Assembly: GCA_965113315.1 (NCBI GenBank)
Contig: OZ220382.1
Strand: one strand, 5' to 3'
From: Podarcis vaucheri
Lineage: Eukaryota
DNA length: 64,000 nt
Made by a program: the position numbers and the translations under genes. Numbering within the stretch: position 1 is the stretch's first letter; the number at the start of each line of letters is the position of its first letter. This document shows positions 36,303 to 45,800 of the stretch, piece by piece. Below the pieces are notes generated by a model. It had not been told where the DNA came from, searched no databases, and saw only the letters and a list, made by a program, of their open reading frames with translations.

Positions 36303-37289
36303 AGTTGAAGATACAACTGCTGCTGTTGTTGTATAAATTTGTATACCGCCCTATACCCACAGGTCTCAGTTATGCTGAAAGCAGTCAATTCAGATCAGCA
36401 GTTCCCCAGCATCATCACAGAACAGCATTATTCTATGTCCCCAACTCCCCACCACCACCATCACTTGAGAATTGTTGAGGGTCGTGGTGGACCACTTTAT
36501 GATTTTTCTGTCTGTTGTAGCAATTATAATGCATTCTACTACATGCTGTAAGATTTTAAACTGTATTTGCACTGACATGCCATGGACCACCTAAATGAAG
36601 CGGGCGGACCAGTTTGGAAACACTTGAAATATGAGACAGGTTATCTTACAGAAGCCTGCTGTATTTAATCATTTGCTCCATTTGCTCCATTTCCCAAAAC
36701 CAAAAAACTAAATTCAGTCTCTTCAGAACACTTGCTAAGCATTGTTATCTGAAGCAATTAAAATGTTTGCATTTAAAAGTCAAGATTTGTACCCTAACCT
36801 CTTGCCAAAGTCTTTTCCTCATGTCACGTGCTATACTTTAAAGCTCACCTCATGATTTCTAGCATTCCTCTTGGAAGGCTAGTGTAGCAGATCCCACCAT
36901 TAACCACCAATTAATAATGTAGTGGATTCACCTTGCTAACTGCCCACAATTAAATATAGTGGACCCACCTCAGGATATGCCAATTAAATGAATGTCCACC
37001 ATTTACCACAGGCTATCTTGTGGGGGTCTTGTGTGAGGGAAAACTTAGTGATTTAGAGTCTCAGGCAGGAGTTGATCAAACAACAACAAAAGTTTTATTA
37101 ACAAAAAGAAGTCTGTGAAACAAAGTTGGGTCAAATGCATTCTTTCATATAGAAGTTTACTTGATTACATAAAGAAACTAAAGAAAAAAATAAAATTGCA
37201 AATTCTGGAAGGAAAAATGCACTTTTATAGCAAGATTTGATGCATTATGCAAACTAGGAAACTTCATGCATATGTATTTAATCTGCATC

Positions 37290-37565
37290 ATTTCTGATCG
37301 GATGACTTCACATAGGTTTGTTTTTAGCACTAAGTTCTGAACTGGTTTTACTTGTTGCAGGAATATTCCACAAGTATTGTACACCCTATAACTTCCGCCA
37401 CCCGACCCCACCCCCACTCACCTCTCCCCCCCTTTTCTTCCTAATGTCTCAACAAACAAAACTAATCTGTAAAAAATGTTAGTTGGAAAAAAAGAGAGAG
37501 AGACATTGCACATACTTTTGTAGACCAAGAAAATCTCTAATAAAAATATATTTTTTTAAAAAAAG
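37290..37565 (+). mobile_element. L1/Tx1-like 3' end
   Basis: C-rich stretch, AATAAA and an A-rich tail typical of L1-clade 3' UTRs. Confidence 0.5.
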
Positions 37566-37679
37566 CTTTGTGAAGTAGGGGAGGGAGAGGGAACAATGTA
37601 TCCTTGAGTAGATTTGGTGTGAAAAGTTAGCTACAGGGTGGGGTGGAGGCAGGGAGGGCTAAGGAAGAATTTGCACATG

Positions 37680-37970
37680 TTGTCTGTGTTTATACTCTAT
37701 GTTTTTAGATTTGCCTTGAGACAGTCTTTAAACCTCTTTTGTTGACCACCAGCATTACGCTTTCCATCGTTAAGTTTGGAGTAGAGTAGTTGCTTTGGAA
37801 GACGATTATCGGGCATCCGCACAACATGACCAGTCCAACAAAGCTGATGTTGAAGAATCATTGCTTCAACACTGGTGATCTTTGCTTCTGCCAGTACACT
37901 GATATTAGTTCACCTGTCTTCCCAAGTGATGTGTAAAATTATTCGGAGACACCGTTGATTCGCCGAAGAA
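37680..37970 (-). mobile_element. RTE-clade LINE fragment, apparently 5'-inverted
   Basis: Minus strand QRCLRIILHITWEDR*TN.SVL...WTGHVVRMPDNRLPKQLLY...GGQQKRFKDCLK; 16-bp TSD GAAGAATTTGCACATG (37664-37679, 37971-37986). Confidence 0.85.
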
Positions 37971-38037
37971 GAAGAATTTGCACATGGTAAAGCCCGTGAG
38001 CTCATTTCTTATTTAACATGTGGTAACAAAAGTAAAG

Positions 38038-38379
38038 GGTGGCGCTGTGGTGTAAACCATAGAGCCTAGGACTTGCCGATCAGAAGGTTGGCGGTTCAAA
38101 TCCCCGCGACGGGGTGAGCTCCCGTTGCTCGGTCCCTGCTCCTGCCAACCTAGCAGTTCGAAAGCACATCAAAGTGCAAGTAGATAAATAGGTACTGCTC
38201 GGCGGGAAGGTAAACGGCGTTTCCGTGCGCTGCTCTGGTTCACCAGAAGCGGCTTAGTCATGCTGGCCACATGACCCGGAAGCTGTACGCTGGCTCACTC
38301 GGCCAATAAAGCGAGATGAGCACTGCAACCCCAGAGTCGGTCATGACTGGACCTAATGGTCAGGGGTCCCTTTACCTTT
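38038..38379 (+). mobile_element. Sauria SINE
   Basis: GGTGGCGCTGTGG...GCCGATCAGAAGG...GTGCAAGTAGATAAATAGGTAC...GGGGTCCCTTTACCTTT; TSD TAACAAA(A/T)GTAAAG. Confidence 0.92.
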
Positions 38380-39244
38380 TAACAAATGTAAAGCACTGAG
38401 AAACAGGATGATTTAAGAAAAGGAGCCTGAATTCATGTTCCATTTCATAATCATAGTTCTCTAAGCGTTGTTGGTTTTTTTTTGCCCAAAGCTGACTAAT
38501 TATTCATGCATCTATAGAATTGCTACTCCTGAGCTGTTCTTCTGCTCTCCAGCGAAGTTGCCCTGGTATGGCTGAGCTGAGCTGAAGGGCAATACACACA
38601 CTGGTCCCTGCCATCACCTAGGAAACCAAGCACTACTGGGAGGGCTGCCTCCCAGGCTTAACTCACTTCTTTTATTTGAAAGCATTTATAAACTGCTCCA
38701 TATTTCTGTTTGGTTTTTTTTAAAAAAAAAAATCCTCTAAGCAGTGTATGTTGCATGTCGAGGTCCCCAGGGCCACCCCAATAACTCACACATCACACAG
38801 AATTTTTTGTTTAATATTTTTGGCATAATTTTGGCCACAACTTTATTGAAATACAAATTTGTGAGTGGCTGCTTAGGCATTGGTTGCGACTATCTGCCCC
38901 CACCATGGGGGACAGACTGACATTCCGCACGATGCGAAAGTCAGAATAGGGGAATACACTTGGGGGTTACGCAGAGCAGGGAACCTGCCCTCACCCCAAA
39001 TGCAACCAGGAGCTCATTGCTATGGCCTGAGCCCCCTTGACAGAGTGGACAAGCAATAGTTAGCCCCCAATTCCTTTAACGGAATCCCTTGCAGCAGCAG
39101 CATTAGAGGGGCAGGCACTCAACCTACCAAGGGCAGGCACTCAACCACTTCTCCTCAACAAAACAAACCAAACCATAAACCAATGCCTAACCGTCACCGA
39201 GCACTCAAGCTCGCCACCAACCACTCACAACTGCAGCCCCACCT

Positions 39245-39773
39245 TCAAACCCACACAACAGAATTTAACCATGTGTCATTTCCCAACGGGGAAAGATGCA
39301 CACCATCGTCCCTGAAAAGGACAGCCGCCTTGAAGGTGATATCGGGGTGCGCAATCACAGAACCACCATGAGCAATGACTGCTTTCATTGCCACCTTATT
39401 AACACGCTTTCTGGCTCTATCAGTGGCGGCTGGACAGTGACTGCCATGCCACTGGGACCAAAAACTTTCACACCTGGCAAAAACTCTGCCAATTCAGCCA
39501 GGTCCTTTTGAACTGTAAAATGTAAATAACAACAGTCCGTGGCAAGCAGATCATTTCCCCCTAACTGCAGCACGATAGCTGTAGGGGGGCCCTCCAACCT
39601 CACATGCTTCCGAACAAGGGGAAGCAATTCGGCCCACAGCATTTCACGCCTAGACAGCCAAGACACTTGCGCGTGTTGAGGAAAGCCAAGACTGAGTCCA
39701 AGTCCAGACTCCCTTGCTCTGATACCAGCCCAGTAGACAATGCTGTGGCCCACAATGTGAACAGCAGCCACAC
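39245..39773 (-). pseudogene. SGNH/GDSL hydrolase (esterase) ORF of the YR retrotransposon
   Basis: IVGHSIV (block I), LQLGGNDL (block III); after a frameshift, HPDITFKAAVLFRDDGVHLSPLGN (block V, DxxH). Confidence 0.85.
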
Positions 39774-39807
39774 CTAAGAGAAGACAAGCAAATATAAGTA
39801 TGGGTGA

Positions 39808-40310
39808 TCAACGATGTCTATGCACATATCCACAAAATGCATTGGACTTCCAACGGCCCATGTTCTTAATTCTTTCTACAGTCCCCAATGAGCTGCTGTA
39901 GTGGCAGCACCATTGCGGAAAGAATGAGAGGCGTAACCTGCTGCTTTCAAACCACAAGCTGCAATCGCTTTCCGCGTCACCTTAGCAAATTGATGCCTAG
40001 CCAACGGGGCACCATCCTCATGAATAAGGAATGGACCCTCCCCCCATGGCCTGAGATCCAAATACCTGGAGGTATCCTTAACCGGGCAAGGACCCTTATT
40101 CTCAGTGGCAGGCAGCCTAAGAGTGGCACCCCTGCCTAACTGGTCTGTCTTCGAATTCCGGATAAACAGGACCACCTCCGAAGGGGATAGAGTTACGTCC
40201 TGCAAAAGCAGTCCCCTTGACTCTCTGCCGCGGGTGAACTCCAATACCACCTCTCCTACCCTCGGGGCGCCAAAAAAGGATAAAGAAAAGGTGGCTGAAA
40301 AAAGTCCCAA
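39808..40310 (-). pseudogene. Tyrosine recombinase (phage-integrase-like catalytic domain)
   Basis: FFGAPRVGE (R), SKTDQ (K), HSFR (HxxR); after a frameshift near 39878, VERIKNMGRWKSNAFCGYV* supplies GRW and the catalytic Y. Confidence 0.9.
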
Positions 40311-40321
40311 TGCAAGCTGCT

Positions 40322-40428
40322 TCCTAACCTTCTTTCTGCCTTCCGATGTCTTCTAAATGTCTGGTAGTTGACATCTGGTGGGAGGGCTCTCCACAGGACA
40401 GGTGCCACCACCGAGAAGGCCCTCTGCC
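40322..40428 (-). mobile_element. L2 3' fragment embedded in the YR element
   Basis: RAFSVVAPVLWRALPPDV..FRRH.KA; the nucleotide string TTTAGAAGACATC..AAGGCAG is shared with 21612-21770. Confidence 0.7.
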
Positions 40429-40469
40429 CGGCCCCCTGCAACCAGGCTTCTGTCCAGGTAGAACGATGG

Positions 40470-40553
40470 GGGAGCATGCAGCTGTCCCATACAGGGACCA
40501 ATCCTGCAACCTAGGCACTACTGGCATCACGTGCTGACCTGCTGAGCTAACCA
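40470..40553 (-). mobile_element. Degenerate tRNA(Ile)-like SINE head embedded in the YR element
   Basis: GGTTAGCTCAGCAGGTCAGCACGTGATGCCAGTAGTGCCTAGGTTGCAGG...GGGACAGCTGC aligns with the SINE at 4660-4798. Confidence 0.6.
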
Positions 40554-41084
40554 GGATGATCCTTAAAGACCCGGGACAGCCTCACCCTGACCCCATAGAG
40601 GTCCAAGGTGGCGCCTGAATCGTCATCAGAGCCCAGGAATGAAGTACCTGTGAGGAAGTGTAAGAATCACCTCTGCTCTTCTTTGCCCTCCCCTCCTGGA
40701 TCGCCGCCTCTGAAGACACTTTCTTCCAGAAGAAGGCACCTGGGGCATCAGCAAGTCATCCTCTGCAGGAGAGACAAGCTCTGGAGGCATCTGCAAAGGC
40801 CCTGCCATAGTCTGCAAAAAACTAAACAATGTGAGGAACCAGTGAAACCAATCCTTCGTGCACCACATGGGGACGCTATTCAGGCCAGAATCGCTGCCAG
40901 AGGCCATCATATTCTCGAGCAAAGCCCTAGGATCACCTGCTAGGCCAGACATAAATGTTTCCAATGAGATAACAGACTTGAGGCAGCCCACCGCCCGTCC
41001 AGGTACCCCTGCTTGCCCTTTAGAGGGAAGAACACACCCTCAAGAAACCCAAATTTATTTTGATTTGTTTTGTTTTGTTATAAC

Positions 41085-41160
41085 AATGGCTAGGTGAGGG
41101 ATATGAACCCTGTCTCCCAGGACCTAGTCCTGCACTCGAGCCACTGAGCCACAATGGCTC
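41085..41160 (-). mobile_element. Squam3/MIR-like SINE head fragment embedded in the YR element
   Basis: GTGGCTCAGTGGCTCGAGTGCAGGACTAGGTCCTGGGAGACAGGGTTCATATCCC resembles 30125-30180. Confidence 0.6.
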
Positions 41161-42493
41161 GCCTCTAAAATATTTTCTTTACAATTAAAGTACCCAGGCT
41201 GCAATGTCAGCCTAAAATAATGCAATAAAAACAAGCGCCGAAGTACCTCGGAACGGCCACTAGAGGGCCTATGAGAGCAAACTAGGCCTCAAAAATGGCG
41301 CTCCCGCCATTTGGTGATCACAACGGGGCCTGCTCCCAGGCCCCAATTAGGCCGCGCCTGCCTCCCTGCAGCCCTGGTAGACACCAGGCCTCCCTGCCAG
41401 GCTAATAAGGCCGAAACCGGCCCTTTAAGAAATAGGGCGGGGGGGGGGGGAGCTCACGGGCCTGGCAAGGCCGGAGGCACTCCTTGCCACAGCGCAGCAC
41501 CAGGCGCCTCCTAAAAGGCCTAAAAACGGCCGCCCAAGGCTGCTGGGCCCCTGCGCAGGCTGAGGCCTCTGCGCCCTCAGCCAGGCCCACCCTTCACCCG
41601 GGACTGGCAGGAAAGGGGCAGCCAGGGCAATGAATTAAAGAAAACTGGCCTTGGAGAGGCCTGTCACCAAATTAGAAGGCCCAATGTTAAGGTAAGCTAA
41701 AGGAGGGGGAGGGGGAAGTAGGGGGGAAATTAAAGACCAAAAAAGGGGTGGGGGGTGGGAAAGCAGAGTAAAAGTAAAAAGAAAATATTACATAGGAAAA
41801 AGAAAATTTAATAGGACTAAAATATCAATTAAATAGAAGCTAACGCAATTAAAGCAGGCCAAAGACACAAGGTAATTAGTAGAAAAATACAATCCGATGC
41901 ATGGTCGAAAAGAGGAAGCCCTAGCCTCGTGCAAGGAGTTTTAGCATTTCTGGCTGTCAATCAATCAAATGGCAACATTAACTTCGTCCCAACAACAAGG
42001 GAAGCCCCAATCGCATCAGTGGCCAACGAACAATTAGCCCGCCCCCAACTTTGGAGTGTCCTGGCGGCCCCCACCGCAACACATGCTCTCTATGAAGGAG
42101 AACACGCTTTATAAAAAAGAAATGAAATATGCCCCATTAAAACAGAAACGCAACCTAAAACCAAAACAATTGCAACACAAACACACATAAAACAAAATAA
42201 GACGGAGATCAAAAAAATTAAGAGCTGGGTATACTTTTTCTGGATCAGGCAAAACCAGAGCCAAGAGAGGTCCCCCCCCCCACACACACTATATTTTATT
42301 AAATTTTCAAAAAGTCCACATGTACACTCCAATACATAATAGATTTTTTTGGGTCAACTTCACACCCTGTTTTCCATGGTGTTTTTTATCTGTCTCCCTT
42401 GCTGTACCCTATTGACTATTATACCATAATAACAAAACAATAGGCTCTAATTACTTCTGTTGCGTAACAATCATCATTAGGTTCTCTTATTTT

Positions 42494-42746
42494 CAGGGGT
42501 CAGCAAACCTTTTCAGCAGGGGGCCGGTCCACCGTCCCTCAGACCTTGTGGGGGGGCCAGACTTTATTTTGAAGGAAAAAATATGAACAAATTCCTATGC
42601 CCCACAAATAACCCAGAAATGCATTTTAAATAAAAGGACACATTCTACTCATGTAAAAACACGCTGATTCCCAGACTGTCCGCGGGCCGGATTTAGAAGG
42701 CGATTGGGCCACATCTGGCCCCTGGGCCTTAGTTTGCCTACCCATG
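42494..42746. mobile_element. hAT-type MITE
   Basis: Termini CAGGGGTCAGCAAAC / GTTTGCCTACCCATG; GGGCCGG subterminal motifs. Confidence 0.7.
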
Positions 42747-42759
42747 TTTTAGCTGTTAA

Positions 42760-43860
42760 CTTTGCCAGTTAGACATAAGCCATCACTCTACTTATCCATT
42801 CTTCTTTGGTGGGAACTACTTCTTCCTCCCTCCCCCCCCCCATCTCTCTCTTGTTTTTGTATACAGAATCCTAGCTGCTCCTGTTACATACATAAAGAGC
42901 CTAATCATCTTTTTTTAAAAACTTCTCCCTAGAAGAAAAGCTTCAGGTTTTTTGGTATTATCATTTTAAGCATCTTTTTTGCCTCATCATATATCATTTC
43001 CCAAAAATACCCTCACTTTCTTACAAGTCTACCACATATGAAAAAAAGATCCATCTACTGTACTTGTTTACACTTGTTTACACTTCCAACAATTTGGGAA
43101 CTTCTTATACATTTTAGACAACTTGTTAGTTGGTAAGTACCATCTATACATAATTTTCATGTAGTTTTCTTTTAAGGTACAGCAAGCAGTAAATGTCATA
43201 TCAGTTTTCCATAACTTTTCCCATTTCCATATTATATCCTACATCTTTAGCCCAATGCATCATTAGTGATTTAACCTTTTCATCTTTCGTCTAATTCTTT
43301 CATTCATTCTAATAACTATACATTTTTGAAATCAATTTTTCTCTTCCTTCAAGCAGAATCTTTTCAAAGTCAGGTCTAAGGTCTATGAAACCTTTTAATA
43401 AATCCTTTTTAAAATACTCATTAATTTGATAATATTGAAACCAGTCCAACACCCATTCTTGGATTTCTTCGAACTTTTTCAATTTGCACATATATTGGGG
43501 GCGGGGAGCAGTATACAGTGGTACCTCGGGTTACAGACGCTTCAGGTTACAGACTCCTCTAACCCAGAAATAGTACCTCAGGTTAAGAACTTTGCTTCAG
43601 GATCAGAACAGAAATCGCGTGGCAGGAGGCCCCATTAGCTAAAGTGGTACCTCAGGTTAAGAACAGTTTCAGGTTAAGAACGGACCTTCAGAATGAATTA
43701 AGTTCTTAATCCGAGGTACCACTGTATCTCTATAGGTACCCCAATTCTCTGTCATATTTAGTTTCTTTTGAGTACGAGCTTCTATTGGGGATAACCATAG
43801 CAGTGTTTTCCTTTAACTTGATATCTGGTTCACACACAATATAGACATCTTCTTATATAA
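42760..43860 (-). mobile_element. L1/Tx1 ORF2 3' fragment, interrupted by a MITE
   Basis: LDWFQYYQINEYFKKD..., ENYMKIMYRWYL, CWKC...FFHMW.TC motifs. Confidence 0.75.
43516..43724. mobile_element. Tc1/mariner-type MITE, family A
   Basis: TA|CAGTGGTACCTCGGGTTA...GAGGTACCACTG|TA. Confidence 0.88.
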
Positions 43861-44015
43861 TGATTTAAAAATTATCTATGTACCTTTACCTTATCATACC
43901 ACAAATAGGTAGGGCTGTGCGATAAATCACTGGATCATTGAATACAGTATTGAAATAACATCGTGTTAAGTGTTTCAACAAGGCAATATACCAGGGAACA
44001 AAAGATGGACACTTA

Positions 44016-44375
44016 AAAGGTAAAGGTAAAGGACCCCTGACAGTTAAGTCCAGTTGTGGCTGACTCTGGGGTTGCGGCGCTCATCTCACTTTACTGGCCG
44101 AGGGAGCCAATGTTTGTCCACAGACAGTTTTTCTGGGTCATGTGACCAGCATGACTAAGCCGCTTCTGGCGAACCAGAGCAGTGCATGGAAACGCCGTTT
44201 ACCTTCCCGCTGGAGCGGTACCTATTTATCTACTTGCACTTTGACATGCTTTCAAACAGCTAGGTTAGCAGGAGCAGGGACTGAAGAACGGGAGCTCACC
44301 CTGTCTCAGGAATTCAAACTGCCGACCTTCGGATAAGCAAGCCCAAGGCTCAATGGTTTACACCACAGCACCACC
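44016..44375 (-). mobile_element. Sauria SINE
   Basis: AAGGTAAAGGTAAAGGACCCCTGAC tail and conserved body. Confidence 0.9.
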
Positions 44376-45090
44376 ATTATCTTTCCACTTAGAGCTCAGC
44401 TAATTATGCAGAGCCTGCTAACAATCCAGGAGGAACCGCCCACGGCTAGACAATCAAAGATCCAGTGGCAAAGTAAACAAAGAATGTAAACAAAGAACTG
44501 GAAAGCACTTCTTTCTTCCCTCACAATCACCCCCAAGAATGGAAAAAAGAGGGGGAACAGTATTTATTTTTATTTTCTGGTGGTGTTTATGTTGTTGGTT
44601 CCCCCTAAATAGCCTTCCTCCGTATCAAAAAGGTCTTTTTATTTAAAGGAGACTTTGCTTGCTTGCCCTCCCTTCCTTTGATAAAAAGGGAGAGGATGGT
44701 AAAATGAGGACTGGGGGGGGTCTTCTGGGGGGGGATCGAGAGAAGAGGATTTAGCTGGTTGCCTTATGCTGCAATGGAAGCTTGGGAATGATGGGGAGAA
44801 TGTTTTTCGGTAAGGAGTGCAAGCAAATGTGTGTCTACTCACAAGCAAGCCCTACTGAATTCAATGCGGCTGACTCCCAGAAAAGTTTAGTTTAACTCAG
44901 TGGGGTTTATCCACACACAGATTCCACTTAGACTGCTGAGTGGGGAAGCAGATGCAACTTGAGTAGTAAATCACTTAAAATACTCTTAAATTAGTTAGAA
45001 ATATATTAAATATACTATATGGAAGTTTATTTAATATTTTTATTAAATCTACTACTTCCATATGTTTTAAGGCCCTCTACCACTGCAGGG

Positions 45091-45514
45091 CCAGTAGTGA
45101 TGTATGGAAGTGAGAGCTGGACCATAAAGAAGGCTGATCACCAAAGAATAGATGCTTTTGAATTATGGTGCTGGAGGAGACTCTTGAGAGTCCCATGGAC
45201 TGCAGAAAGATCAAACCTATCCATTCTTAAGGAAATCAGCCCTGAGTGCTCACTGGAAGGACAGATTCTGAAGCTGAGACTCCAATACTTTGGCCACCTC
45301 ATGAGAAGAAACGACTCCGTGGAAAAGACCCTGATGTTGGGAAATATGGAGGGCACAAGGAGAAGGGGACAACAGAGGACAAGATGGTTGGATAGTGTTC
45401 TCGAAGCTACCAGCATGAATTTGACTAAACTGTGGGAGGAAGTGGAAGACAGAAGTGCCTGGCGTGCTCTGGTCCATGGGGTCACGAAGAGGCGGACACG
45501 ACTAAACAACAACA
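45091..45514 (+). mobile_element. BovB (RTE) LINE 3' fragment
   Basis: VVMYGSESWTIKKA..RIDAFELWCWRRLLRVPWTA...LKLRLQYFGHLMRR; (CAA)n tail; 12-bp TSD ACCAC(T/C)GCAGGG. Confidence 0.95.
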
Positions 45515-45654
45515 ACCACCGCAGGGAGGCACGGCAAGGCCCTCTGCTGCTTTGCGGAAGCATGGCATACCCTCTGCCACTACAGGGAGGTACAGCAGGA
45601 ACCTCTGGGGGCATAGAAAATCCTTCTGCTGCTGTGGGGAGGTACAGCAGGAAA

Positions 45655-45800
45655 GTTTCATCCTACTCCATCTCTCCATATTTTGTTTAATCTTGCTCCA
45701 CGCAAGCACATAATTGTTCTGGAACAGATTAGCACTGTTATTTGTTATCCAAACACCTAAATATTTCACCTTCTTCTCCACATTAGTACCCGACAAGATG
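45655..45800 (-). mobile_element. L1/Tx1 ORF2 fragment
   Basis: KKVKYLGVWIT..NLFQNNY..WSKIKQNMERWSRMKLS. Confidence 0.7.

Larger units (their letters stand above)
38750..42080 (-). mobile_element. Internally deleted tyrosine-recombinase (Ngaro/DIRS-type) retrotransposon
   Basis: Order on minus: GC-box/CCAAT 5' region, degenerate ORF1-like region, YR, SGNH hydrolase, AATAAA at ~38845. No RT/RNase H is visible; boundaries are approximate. Confidence 0.75.

Noticed and set aside
36005-36478. Poly-Lys / poly-Phe ORFs
   Set aside because: Translation of the SINE (GAA)n tail.
36883-37160. Possible additional LTR fragment (TGTAG start, TTTATT)
   Set aside because: No matching CA end or TSD found.
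39876-40310. Phage integrase suggesting bacterial contamination or horizontal transfer
   Set aside because: Adjacent SGNH ORF, poly(A) signal and lizard SINE context match a DIRS/Ngaro-type retrotransposon.
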